From Basidiobolus meristosporus CBS 931.73 (lineage: Eukaryota > Fungi > Basidiobolomycota): 64,000 nucleotides of DNA. A model generated the notes under the pieces. The model ran no database searches, was not told the DNA's origin, and saw only the letters and a list, made by a program, of their open reading frames with translations. Each line of letters opens with the position of its first letter. Position 1 is the first letter of the stretch. The DNA is taken from contig MCFE01000017.1 of NCBI GenBank assembly GCA_002104905.1, forward strand, positions 124,001-188,000. The letters are read 5' to 3'. Both the position numbers and the translations under genes were made by a program. Of this stretch, positions 51,776 through 64,000 are shown piece after piece.

Positions 51776-53485
51776 ATGTCGAAGCTGAATAGAGTTGCGA
51801 CATTTCCTTTGGTTGTGCCTATCAATACCGAGGGTACCCAATACCAAGGATTCATCAATGTACAGGTAGAGTCAAATCGCTTCATTAAGATGCATCGAGA
51901 AAACTGTCTCACAGTAGTCTTTCCATTGCTTAGAACAAAGAGTTTGCTTTCGAAATCCAATTACAAAGCCCACAAAATCTGAAAGAGGCCAAACTATTTG
52001 GTGATCCTGAGTTAAAAAGATTGTTGATTGACCAGGAAACGTCTATACGTAATGTAAGAGCATGCCAGGCGCAACATGTTTTCTGTGATTAATACTGAGA
52101 TTGAGCGAATATTGCTAAAACATGTAGAGGCTTGAGCAATGCAGCGACATAAATGCATTCTTTCTGGACTTGAAGCACCTTTTGGTATGCAGTGTATAAA
52201 AGTATGCTTTACTAAGCAGTAAAATATTCAACATTTTGGTTACTTTCGAGTAGGAGGATTTATTAGCACAAGAACCGGAGGAAAAGTTGCTTTCGACAGA
52301 GTATTACACTACTATACTTGCCGAAATCGATAGCATAGGATGGGACAAAGTCGAAAAGATAGATGCGGATTTCCAGAATGTCACCCTCAAAATATTGTAG
52401 GATGTCTTGCGCATTTTTATCAGCCCACGGTTCGATCGCATGGTTAACGTATATCCACAGAGACTCGGCAGGGAGAAGTCATTTTTTAATACTTTGCTTC
52501 CCGGGGAATTTCCCGGTGGAGCCACCAGAATGTATAGTAGAATTGCCCGGGTTGACTAATTTCAAGATCGAAAGAGGGGGTTTTCATCTGGAATCTATCA
52601 TTCAACAGTACACCACGGTACGTTTTCCCTTTCTACTGAAGTTACATGGCCCATGTCATTTCGAAGAAGTAACCATTCAGTGTATTTTATTATTAGCTTC
52701 TTGAAAAGTACGAAGAGGTGTGGAATATGCTGGACGATCTAGACCAAAACACATGGGTATTAGAGCCAGAAAAGCCAAGTAGAGATATCATGATGCGAAG
52801 AATCGCCTTGGGCAAGTGCTCGCGTCTGATCTTCCTCATCGAAAACTTTCTAAACGGTTAACCTATTAGGTAATCTGTGCTCTTTGCAAGTTGATCTTAA
52901 CCCTCAAGACCCGCACTCAATACCTCAATGCCAAATCTTTGGCGCTGAATCAGCCATCGCGCCTATCCGAAAATTGATGAATGAAAACCTGAGAAGCTGG
53001 TAAGTATGGATTCAAATCTCAACTATGCCGGTGCTCAACATCATCCATCTAGGGACCCTGAACTAACCACCAGAAAAAACCTTGAACGGCTACTTTCAAT
53101 CCAATTCCCATCTCGCCATACAGCGACCAAAAATGAGCTGAACGTTGAGTGTGGTATTTGTTATTCGTATCGTTTGGATGAAAGCATACCGGATCAACTA
53201 TGCACTAACGACAAATGCGGACAACCATTTCACAATCGCTGTTTGTATGAGGTAGTCCCAACATCTGGTTTGTCAAGATTTGTTGTTTGTGGTGTTTAAT
53301 GGTTAAATGATGAATAGTGGTTAAGGGCTGTTCCCTCCACCCGGCAGAGTTTCAATACGCTTTTCGGCCTATGTCCATACTGTAACGATGTAAGGCGGGT
53401 TTATTGCTCTTGTAGATACTTGGACTGAATATTTACTTGGTTCTCTCATTCATAGACTATAACTACCAAGGTGGTTGATATTTAA
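51776..53485 (+). CDS. FANCL: Fanconi anaemia E3 ligase FANCL (multi-exon)
   Basis: FPLVVP...YQGFI, IDSIGWDK, DSAGRSH, LDDLDQNTWVLEPEKP, RRIALG; RING ECGICY...PDQLCTNDKCGQPFHNRCLYE|WLRAVPSTRQSFNTLFGLCPYC. Confidence 0.93.
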
Positions 53486-54222
53486 GCTTGGCAAATGAAT
53501 GGATTTTTCGACACGAGAGCCCGGCATTTATGAACTTGATGAGGGTGACTACATGGGGTTATAATTGCCCGCCCACCGTGTCCGGTAATACCACAAATCT
53601 ATCGCAGCAAGGCTTTGCTTCAGCGTGAATTGCGAGTAGAAACAAGAATACGCAGAGTGCAGAAAACTTGGATGGAAGTTGCATGGCTCGTTCTTTTCGT
53701 AAAAGTAGGGTAAAGAAGTGAAGAATGGGTCAATTGCTTGAGTGAAAATAAACTTTAATATTAAAATCTTTGTCGGCCCTCCTGCATACACTCACAGGAT
53801 TTCGTTATTCTCTACCCCATGTAAAGCATTTCCCTACATCGATTGCACCGCTTCATATTCTTAAGCGTTCACACTGTAGGCAATTATTTATGTATATACC
53901 AGGCAGACGTACCTTGATCGGGCACGAGATTCATGGGTTACACCACTCGATCATCTGTTTGTTTCTACGCTTTGAGCATCTCTGGGATCCTGTGCTTTTA
54001 TGATTGGCCTTGGTTAATGATGGTGAATAAATGGTCAGACTGAGTTCCATAATATGCCATCAACCAAAATATTATGATCAAATATATTATCCTTTAATAT
54101 CATGACTGCTACTTTACATAGTAAATCTAGGTGAAAACTTTATGCGGTTACACTCACATTCTTGAGTCAGTATACAAGATTGTGTTGTGGTATATTTCTT
54201 ACCCTCCGCTCGGGACAATAGT

Positions 54223-57050
54223 ATGTCAAAGGATAAGAACCGCTACGACTCATTTGCACCCGAAAGATATGGTGCTAAGGCAAGATGGTTTGTAGACGGC
54301 AAGGACTACTTTTACGCTGTCTCAGAAGCCCTGCTACAGGCCAAAGAGACCATCTTCATAATGGATTGGTGGTTAAGTCCCGAAGTGGTACGTACATGTG
54401 AAGTAGTGCCTGCGTGTAAAAATTCCCTCGACACTAACAGGTATAGTTCTTCGCAACAGTACCTTCGCCGTCCCCCAAGTGAAAATCAGGAATTCCGTCT
54501 AGATCGCTTGCTTACAAAAAAGGCTAAGGAGGGAGTTATTATCAATATTATAGTGTACAAGGAGGTCTCCATGGCATTAACCATCAACTCGCACCACACG
54601 AAGTTCACCCTGCAAGCCTTACATCCAAATATTACAGTTCAACGACATCCTGACCATGGAGCAGGTGGAACTGTGTTTTGGGCGGTAAGTTCTCACTTCC
54701 ACAACCTCTCTTTGCACTAAACAGGGCTTTCTAATTCGCGAACGTTTGACTGCGACTTGTAGCATCACGAGGTACTTCGGGAGGCTCTCACCAAACCCTA
54801 AATTTGTGCTCACCCTGGAACCCTCTAGAAAGTCTGCTTGGTTGATAGTAAGATTGCATTTTTGGGCGGAATGGATTTGTGTTACGGGTACTCTTGCCAT
54901 GAGAAATATCCACACCAGTATTTATTGATCATATTCCATCAGCCGATATGACACCCATTCCCATCGACTTGCCGATTACCATTACGATCCGGCTGACAAT
55001 GTCTGGCCTGGACAGGATTATTCAAACCCCAGAGTGAAAGACTTCTCCGATGGTAATTCTGTGCTCAGTATCATTCTCGGCATTACAAAGGACTGATTTT
55101 GACCTTGCAGTGTCCCAGTACTATCAGGAGCTTATCAATCGCAAATGCGTCGCTAGGATGCCTTGGCATGATGTTGCGCTATGCGTGACCGGTCCACCCA
55201 TCGAAGACATTGAAAGCCATTTTGTGGATCGTTGGAACTTCATCAAGAAAGAGAAAGGAATGCACCGAAAAAACATGACGTTCCTGAGTTGCATGTACAA
55301 AGAAAGGAATTCCGGTTCAGAGGGGAGTTGCAAAGTTCAAGTGCTTAGAAGCTGTGGGCAATGGAGCGGCGGTACTGAGACAGAAGTAGGTGTCTGGATG
55401 AGCATAGAGGAGCTGCAACCTAATCATTTCATCGTAGCAATCCATATATACTGCTTATGTCGAAAATATCCGAAACGCAAGGCACTTCATCTACATTGAG
55501 AACCAGTTCTTTGGTAAACCGATCTACTGGATACCTTTCTTACGTTTGGGCTCATAAATATTCCATAGTCTCCTCTGCAGCAGACAGCGCCAACAACGAG
55601 GTTAAAAACAAGATCGCACAGGTAGTTCCTCAGTTTGACATTGATCCTGTGGAGTGAACTCTTGATGAAGCTACTTGACTATAGGCACTAGTCGAGCGAA
55701 TTATCCGTGCACGTCAAGAAAATACGAAATTCCGAGTTATCGTTGTCATGCCGCTATTGCCCGCATTCGAAAGAGAGGTGAACGCCTCCGACGCAAACAC
55801 CATCCGACTGGTGATGGACTGGCAGTACCGAACTATCGGACGTGGTGGATCATCTATCCTCGAGCGATTACAGGCTGCGGGAATCAACGCTTCGGATTAC
55901 ATCTCATTCTACGGATTACGCAGTCACGACATGATCAAGAATCCGTATAGCGAATCCTCCTGCGAGGAAACATCCAGGCGGTTCGATTGCCTGTCACCTG
56001 GTAGCAGTGATGATTCCGAAAATAGCTTCACCACTCCAAACTATGTAACCAGACACGAAGTGATCCCTCCAAGCCCTCACAGCAACGTGATCGTAATCCA
56101 CGATGTATATTTACCATTTGCATTTCCTCAGAGCGTCCAAGAGAAGCAAGATGTTGACCCACAAACATCCAACATAGTAACCAACTATGCGTACAGAGAA
56201 GGTGACTTTGTCACCGAGCTTACTTACGTACACAGCAAACTTATGATTGTCGATGATCGTATTGTAATATGTGGTTCAGGTAAGCACTAGGGGCTTTATC
56301 TGGAAGGGCTCACCACTCAATACTCCCGTCCCATTCTTAGCCAACATCAATGATCGTTCAATGAGAGGAAACAGAGATTCAGAAATCGCAGTAATTATTG
56401 AAGATCAAGAAAAGGTTCCTTCAATGATGAATGGACAGCAGGTACATTTACTTCTGTGCGTATCCCAAGCCTCAGTGCCAGTCGTATTAACAGACATATA
56501 GTATGAAGCATCCAAGTTCGCCTACGAATTACGATGTTCGATTTTCAAAGAACATCTAGGACTCTTGGAAGATGGAGTAGATGAAAGCCTACAGAGCCAG
56601 TATCCAGAATCAAGCCCTTTGGCACCCTTACCGGATCAGAGCTCCACTTGCCTGCACTCCTTGAGAAGTCGAATCCACCGCCATTTACACAACAGGCCCA
56701 GTCCACCTCGTCTTCCCGATGTTACAGACCCCTTGTCTGATAGATTCTTCAATGATGTGTGGGACAAAACCGCATCAACGAATACTGCCATTTACAGACT
56801 TGTGTTCAGATGTATTCCTGACGACATGGTAACAAATTGGACTCAGTATGCGGGGTTCGTACCCGATACTAAGCTAGTCCAGACTGGTCACTGCGCACTT
56901 CGGACCAAATCAAATGAGGAAATCAAACTCATCTTGAGCTCTATTCGCGGAAACCTGGTCTCCTTCCCAACCAAATTCCTGCAAGAGGAGACTCTGAATG
57001 CTAGCGCTCTATCGAGGGAGGCTTTCGCTCCTCTAGGAATTTTCACCTGA
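54223..57050 (+). CDS. PLD1: Phospholipase D (two HKD motifs), apparently without PX/PH domains; multi-exon including a 9-nt exon at 54763-54771
   Basis: [29 protein letters not shown]|HHE|[48 protein letters not shown]. Confidence 0.93.
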
Positions 57051-57096
57051 ATAAATGGTTTTGAGGTTTATTGGAAAGAACTTTCAAGAAGGGCAT

Positions 57097-58451
57097 CTAT
57101 TGCTCTTCGAACTGTTTCTGGAAAGATTCAGCAAAATCCGCCAAGGATTGCTCAAACGACATCTCAACCATCTCTTGCGGGTACCGATTGTGTGAATGAG
57201 GCTGGCTGGTCCTGATTAGAGGATCAGCCTCGGAGGTGATCAACCGTAGTGGTAGCGCTTCTTTGGCTGTATGAAGGTAGTGATTAGCAATAGTGAGGTA
57301 TTGCACAAGATAGCCATACATACCAGTCAGAATTTCCGCCCACTCGAAAAGAATTGGCTCAGTGATACTGTGGAATGGGTTGAAGTCAAGAACCCAGACT
57401 TTCTTGGTGCGTTTGTTTACATACACATCAAACACGTCTAGAGACAGAAATCTTAGCAGTGAGTCATTTTGGAGTGGCTAGATGCTATGAGAGGCTTACA
57501 GTTTTGGCTTTCAAAGTTTTCTTGAACCTCGTTCTCAAAGAAATTCCAGATCCATTCCTCAATATCATCTTTCAGTTCTGCTAGGAATTCGTAATACTCG
57601 GCATGTCGCTGTGAAATAGCTAAATTCCCAAGAATAAGTGCTCACTCCATAGAGGATGATAGATAGCATTTTACCTATTAGCTCTCCATCTTTGACAAAG
57701 CACCGAAACTCCATAGCAGGATGTAAGTTGTACCACTTCCTCAAAACTAGTTCGTACTCCTCAGGCCCAAGAGAAGGCTCGTGTTCTGGCTTGGGTTCGT
57801 TGTCTACGCAATGTTCAAAGGCATGACATAGATCATGGACAACAAAATCCGAACTTTTGAGGAGCAAAAATACGTCATATGGTGAGGTACATTTCAAAGT
57901 TCTCGAAGCAGAAATCCAAGCCGCATCCTACAATGTGGTGTTAAGCCACAGATACCTGACCACCGTTACAAGAAACCTACTTTGGGTGAGCTCCAGTTGA
58001 GTTTTGGAAAGACCGCGCCGTCCAAATAATCTATTATACAACGGATCCGTTCCTCTAACAAAGGAAAAGAAATATCATTTTCGAGGACGCTGCAATCATC
58101 GTTCTTGGAATCTTCTTCCTGATCGGCTTCTTCATCAGAATAATCACTTAAGGGATCCTCTCCATCAAGGTACGTAATATCACTATTAGCCCATATCGAT
58201 AAGTTATCGTTGTTACGAGAAGATACAAAGTAGGCATCCACTTACCCACCTCCAGGAATATACAAAGCTCCATCAGAGAGTAGATATTTAACGAATCCCT
58301 CAGGCAGAGGTTTTATTACGCGGGTCTTCAAAGTGTGGCGTATAAATTTTGGATACCAACTGGAGAAACTACAGCGGATTATCTGCTCCTTGGTCAACTC
58401 GGGAAACTCGAGCGTAACGACTTCTGCTTCACCTTCAGGTTGGGGATTCAT
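57097..58451 (-). CDS. CDC123: Cell division cycle protein 123 (D123), multi-exon
   Basis: CSFSSWYPKF, VFPKLNWSSPK, DVFLLLKSSDFVVHDL, LVLRKW, MEFRCFVK, FDVY..VWVLDFNPF...TEPILFEW. Confidence 0.95.
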
Positions 58452-60172
58452 CGGTTGGATATCTCAGTATCTAACAGCAACCTCGCTACTAATTCGCACC
58501 TTGAGCATAACTATAACAATATAGAAAAAAAAGGATACTGCCCGATCAAGCACCAATTTCTGATGTATATTTTCAAGTAATCAAGCAATTGATTTTCTTG
58601 TCAGTACCCTCACTCTATCCTACCACTTCCACGATTGTACTATTGAAATATGATGTTAACACTGGTATTGAACTACACGATTAATGGTCACAATTCAGTA
58701 TGGTCTTTGTTTCCATTATTGATCTCCAATGGATAGCCATGATGATAAAGCGTTTGACAGGAAATCACCCATGTGAACAGAACGATATAAAGGTGCCTTT
58801 TCACGAACAACTATATACTATATTATTGGAGGCCTTGGATTATTATTTCCAAGATACACATTGCCATATTTGGGGTATGAAAGACAGTGATGAGTTACTC
58901 CAGCGTCTAAGGGGATTAATTTGACTGAGGCTTCTACTAATTATAATCGAGCTATGTGAATATCTTCTCAGATTAAGCTCCAGCTGATTGTAGATTTCCA
59001 AGACTTGGAAATTGGTTTTAGGCAATATACTATTAAGTAATTGCAGAGCTATTTGTGACATGAAATACAGTATGATTGAAATATTCCATATCTAGCCCAG
59101 CTGCTTCATTTTAAAAAAATAAAAGCATTTTGGTCTGACAACCACTAATGTCATGAAATCTAGGTTGGTTCCTGTCTTTATTCTGCCACAAGGTTTACTA
59201 TTTAACATGCTTTGCAATTGCTTGCAGATGGTTTTGTCTCATATTTGACTATTTGTTTGCATATACTTGGGTGTCATTTGGTGTTGACACATCTATATAT
59301 ATACTGTTATCATCCCTCATATGATCCACGTATGCTTCACTTCTGGCTTTTGATTTGTATTTCATCTCTTAATGGATCTTGTTGCAATATTACCCACGAA
59401 GGGCTTAGCAATCAAGTCCCGATTAGGAATAAGTCTCAGCCAAGCAACATAGTATTTATTACCCAACTCAAGGTACCGTTAGGACAACTCAGCCCCAAAC
59501 CCCAGACCAACCCTCTTGGCCCTTGACTCCCTGAACACCTGACTTGTCCTTAATAAACCAATACGTAACAATCTAAGCTGTTACCTACTTAAAGAGTACG
59601 GAGCTAGATGTAAGAATATCTCTTCAAAGATTAGGATGGTGACTTCGTAGAAATATATTTAAAATAATATTCGTTTCTACTGCTCTTCCTGCTTCTAACC
59701 AAACTTTAACTTTATTTGATTGTTTGATTGGTATTTATACCTTATTATGAGTCTGGTGACTTGTCTTGTTTGCTTTTCCCTGGCTACTAAGTCGTCTTTA
59801 TATGCCTTGATGTCACTTAACATCGAGTGACTCCTTACTCTGCAACATGTTACGCTCGCAGAGGGAAATCCTGGTTAAGCAGTATATCTTTTGGGATTCC
59901 GGAGAGGGTAGAGTTGATCCAGGTTGCAAGGAAGAAGATACTTTATTTGTGTACAAGCCTGTCTGCAATCGTTATTCATGGTGCGCCTTTTATACTGTGT
60001 GTGCTAATTAGGTTTAGTGATAAATTGGTGCTAGATAGGGTTTTGGTCAGAGTAACTCTATTTGGGTGCAGATCGGCATGATTGGCCTTATATCCGTACA
60101 GATGGTTGTCTTTTGCGGAGTGCCTACCACTTATCCTAGTCGTTTACTTTACCCTGTGACAAAAAAAGCAAT

Positions 60173-60245
60173 GGCCTCGTAGCTCAGTGGATAGAGCGTC
60201 CGCCTCCTAAGCGGAAGGTCCCAGGTTCGACCCCTGGCTTGGTCG
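60173..60245 (+). tRNA. tRNA-Arg(CCT), acceptor stem with two mismatches
   Basis: D arm GCTC-AGTGGATA-GAGC, anticodon arm TCCGC-CTCCTAA-GCGGA, T arm CCAGG-TTCGACC-CCTGG; acceptor GGCCTCG/CTTGGTC. Confidence 0.8.
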
Positions 60246-60849
60246 ATATTTATTGGTTACCCCAACATGGGTTGCCCTTCAAACGTAACAATATTAGTAC
60301 ATTGTTGGAGACCAACACTATGGTCAGCTTGACCGCCTCATCTTCAATATAGATTGATGGTCGCATGTGTGTTCTGGATTGCTTAGCAGAACTGCCGAAG
60401 TATGTATAAGCAGTATTGTTAATTTTTAGAGCATTATACCAGACATACACTACCCAATAGACGGATTGCGATAGTGGTGGCTTTGTTGTGTAGAGTATTT
60501 AATATAGTAAAAGTTTATGTTAACCCACAATTTGAATAGTTGATAGAAGAGTCTCTACAGTTGAGAGCTATTCACAGAACATCAATATAGAAGGTTGGAT
60601 CACAGAATGATGTATGAACAATATACGATGTTGACTCAATAGTAGATTCTGAAAGCTGACATCTCGGTAAACCAAATTCAGCAATGATATCTTGGTGGAT
60701 ATGGTCAAATTATATACCACAATGCCAGAAACAAATAAAAAGTAAATGGAACCTAGAACAACATTATTTTTAGTTGTAAATGTAAACTCATGTTGTGTGA
60801 TGGGAATAAAAGCTGGGTGGCATGTCGAAGTATGGGCATCAACCATCAA

Positions 60850-62400
60850 TCATGATCATCTCTAACCTAAGCGGATCATCCTTCGACGGAGTTCTAGGCG
60901 CAAAGAAAGCTTCGGTTCAGGAATGTAAGGAGCTTTTTGATAGATATAGAAGGATTCACTAGCACTGATTACAATATACCAGGTACAGCATCTGAAAGAG
61001 CGAACAGGATCCAAAATAGCAACCTTGTCAGACTAGTAGAAGCATATTATACCTTTGGCTATATATGCTCCAAAATCGATCCTTTGAATTTATGGCATCA
61101 GAGCAAAGCCAAATCTTCAATCGCTAACCATAACCGTTTCCAGGCGTGATCATCACTGATTGGGCTGGACGACCCAAACACAGAGTGTTACCTTGAAGGT
61201 AAAATCGACTTCACAGAATTGTTGGCATATACTAACGATACCATAGGGATTTTGGAGATGAATAGATTAATGACCATCTGGAAAACACTGGAGTAGACCT
61301 CAACCTCTGCGTAAAATCGGCATACAATCGGTCGCAATTACCAAAGATATTGTACTGAAAGAGAAAACTCAATATCGAACCACGGTTGACACAAATGCAT
61401 GAAGTAAAGAATAGCAGAGGCCATGGCTATTGGCTCTCTCCTTCTTGAAGGATACAGTGCACGGGTTTGTGGTCAGGATGTGGGCCGCGGTGTATTTATT
61501 CCCAGACATGCTATCCTTAACTGCCAAAGGACCAATGCCAAATACACTCCGCTCAATACTTTATCTCTCGATCAAGGAAAGCTTGAATTGGTAGATAGCC
61601 TACTTGGAGAATTGACAGTGATGAGCTACGAATACGACATGTCATTGGAAACACCGAATAGATTAAACATGTGGGAAGCGCAACTTGGTGACTTTTTCAA
61701 CTCAGTACAACAAGCTATTGATAGTTTCATCTCTGGGGGAGAAGAGAAATAGCTACGACAGTCTGGACTAGTGCTTATACTTCCGCATGGCTACGAAGAA
61801 GCGGGTCCTGAACATACCTCTTGCCGTATGGAACGTCTCCTTGAGCTCTCTAGTGATCGGTTCAATGTCACTGATGCAAATATCAGCAACGATGTCAATT
61901 GGCATGTTGTCCACGTTCTATATCGTCAAATGAGGTGCAATTTCCGAAAACTTTTAATTGTGGTAGGCCCTGGAAAACTAGCACGTATACCTAGAGCAGT
62001 CTCGGATTTAGACGACTTCGCACCGGGTACTTCTTTCCAACCAGTGATACCTGACACCGAGGCTAACGGGTTATTGTTTCTCCGAGTGATATTTGTATCG
62101 GGGAAATTGTACTACAAATTACTGGAGGAAAGATCCAAGAGGGGTCTGAATGACTAGATAGCTTTGATCAGAGTGGAGGAATATTCCCCATTCCCTAAGG
62201 AGGATTTGGAAGTGGAAATAGCAAAATAATCCATGGCGTCTGTATGGTGTCAACAGGAGACTCAAAATGGGGGAGCATGGTTCCTTATGGAATCAAGATT
62301 CAACCAAATCCTACCAGCCCAACATCAGCTCGAATATGTTGGAAGAGCCACCTGTGCTGCTCCGGCGAATGGCATCATTATCTTGCCGTCAGATTAACAT
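60850..62400 (+). pseudogene. DHTKD1: 2-oxoadipate/2-oxoglutarate dehydrogenase E1 (DHTKD1-like) pseudogene with a large internal deletion
   Basis: N-terminal NSNLVRLVEAY...KIDPL, then a jump to AEAMAIGSLL..GQDVGRG, WEAQLGDFFN, GGEEK*LRQSGLVLILPHGYE.AGPEH, SGKLYYKL, IRVEE.SPFP. Several stops and frameshifts; the ThDP-binding domain is not seen. Confidence 0.88.
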
Positions 62401-63089
62401 CGATTACTGGCCCAACAAACCTTCTTCATTGGTACATTTCACTAAACTGTTGAGATTTCCGTTCTAGCTATCAATATAATGTTTATGCATGTATTTGGCT
62501 AGTGCAACCAACGTTGCTCTTATAAGCACTTTTTTGCATGCATTATGGCCCATCAATTCACGATGCTCCTGAACCGATTGGTAAAACAATCCGACACTCA
62601 TGCAGTTATCGTGGCATTTTGACTACAAAATTAGAAAGTAGTTCTGGGTCCGCAACACGTTAAATATTAGTGCATCTAGAATGATAATTGGGGTGACATA
62701 TTAACTCCACTGTCTACCAGTGCGATGTCAAATATCAGCTAATTTTATGCTTAACTATATTGGACTTTGATAGATCAAGCCCTGGGCCTTGGTTCTTCTG
62801 GATTTGGACAGACAATTTCAAGGCACAAGGTATAAGGGGAAGAAGCGAGTTTCATAATGCACCAAGTACCGCAAAAACCTTTTTATGAAATCTCTACGCG
62901 GTTTGATTGATAATAATGATGATTAAGAATCACGACCGCTTGCTCCATATTTGCCTACTCACTTCCGTTCAGACGATTATAAAAGAACTAAGGCAGACAA
63001 TGCTTGACACCATCTCAAAGATCTACAGGAATAGATCATTCATCTGAATTCTAGCAGGCTAGCTGGTTGCGTATATTCTCTTCGACACT

Positions 63090-64000
63090 ATGGTCTACTC
63101 AAAGCTTTCTCTATCCGTATTTGCATTATTGGCGTTGGTCCCGTACTCGTTGGGGCACATGGAAATGGTTCAGCCGGCTCCTCGCCAGTCTCGCTATAAT
63201 CCCACCTATAAAGGGACTCCGGATTATGACATGACTTCTCCCTTGGAACCAGGCCGCTGGCCATACCCTTGCCGTGGCTATGGAAAAGGTGGAGTTGTAG
63301 AGACCATCAAAGCTGGAAGTAATATTCCAGTGAAAATTGGTGGAGGTGCCCCTCACGATGGTGGTCACTGCCAGTTTGCGCTCTCATACGATGACAAAAC
63401 CTTTGTTGTTCTCAAGGACGTCTTCGATGATTGCTTAATAGCATCTCGCGATTATAGCGTTACAATCCCTGCGGGCGCACCTAGTGGCAGAGCCACTTTT
63501 GCTTGGGCCTGGATTAATAAGACTGGGAATCGCGAGTATTACATGAATTGTGCTGATATTGAAATCCAGGGGGGCTCGAGTGGTTCACTCACTGGACCCA
63601 AACTCTTGGTTGCCAATCTCCCAGGCTATGTCACAATTCCTGAATTTTCTCATGGTGGATATAGCGGTAAGGATTTGTTCCCAAAGAGACCAACAGTCAA
63701 GGTTACAGGGAACGGGAGTAGCGAGACTAAGCCTGAACCCTCCAAACCTACTGTTGCACCTAAGCCCACCCCTTCTACCAAGCCTATGCCCTCTGCTAAA
63801 CCAACAGCTACCCCCAAACCCGAGCCAAGTAAAAAGCCCGCCAAGCCTTCAAAACCAGGCAATAAATCTGGTGAATGCTCGGGCTTTGAGACCAAATGTG
63901 TCAACCCAGGAAAATCACGCGATTTCAAGGTTTGCACCAATGGTCACGAATACACCCAACGTTGTGCACCTGGAACTGTGTGCAGAGGAGGCATAAATCA
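63090..64000 (+). CDS. Secreted AA11-like lytic polysaccharide monooxygenase with a Pro/Lys/Thr linker and a CBM19-like Cys module (5' partial gene, runs off the window; absent from the ORF track)
   Basis: Signal MVYSKLSLSVFALLALVPYSLG followed by His1 (HMEM..PAPR), YPCRG, APHDGGHCQFALS, FAWAWINKTGNREYYMNCADI, then C..FETKC...FKVCTNG....RCAPGTVC. TATAAAA at 62978. Confidence 0.88.
   Translation, partial: MVYSKLSLSVFALLALVPYSLGHMEMVQPAPRQSRYNPTYKGTPDYDMTSPLEPGRWPYPCRGYGKGGVVETIKAGSNIPVKIGGGAPHDGGHCQFALSYDDKTFVVLKDVFDDCLIASRDYSVTIPAGAPSGRATFAWAWINKTGNREYYMNCADIEIQGGSSGSLTGPKLLVANLPGYVTIPEFSHGGYSGKDLFPKRPTVKVTGNGSSETKPEPSKPTVAPKPTPSTKPMPSAKPTATPKPEPSKKPAKPSKPGNKSGECSGFETKCVNPGKSRDFKVCTNGHEYTQRCAPGTVCRGGIN

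Noticed and set aside
58600-60150. AT-rich, CpG-poor stretch as a hAT or gypsy remnant (including a 95-bp LTR-like piece at about 59478-59572)
   Set aside because: Only vague motif resemblance; no paired termini or intact domain could be shown.

Overview
Eukaryotic, intron-rich DNA with short GT-AG introns, consistent with an early-diverging fungus (Zoopagomycota/Mucoromycota-like, possibly Basidiobolus; the taxon is an inference from gene content). About 1-11.5 kb is a transposon nest. A dead Ty1/copia element (LTRs 687-1035 and 10729-11075) is split by a 5.8-kb CACTA/EnSpm-type DNA transposon (3602-9389; 13-bp TIR CCCTATGAAAAAT, 4-bp AAAA TSD). The nest also holds the end of a second related DNA transposon, a copia relic and an inverted solo LTR. 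About 11.9-58.5 kb is gene-dense: DUF3712 protein, citrate synthase, Rrm4-like RRM/MLLE protein, LCB2, a secreted Trp/Tyr-repeat protein, S9 peptidase, UBC1, group I truncated haemoglobin, two-PAS protein, RSPRY1, WDR83, a Myb protein, RPA2, MUL1-like E3, UPS1/PRELI, PP2C, a UBX protein, FANCL, PLD and CDC123. The tail holds tRNA-Arg(CCT), a DHTKD1/OGDH pseudogene and an AA11-like LPMO that runs off the window. The standout is a 9-exon minus-strand gene (40553-43254, 714 aa by manual splicing) that the ORF track breaks into pieces. It fuses an N-terminal trihelix (Myb/SANT-like) DNA-binding domain to a full-length glutamine-synthetase-fold domain whose metal-binding residues are replaced, making it a candidate metabolite-sensing pseudoenzyme transcription factor. 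All exon models and family calls were made by eye; no database search was run.
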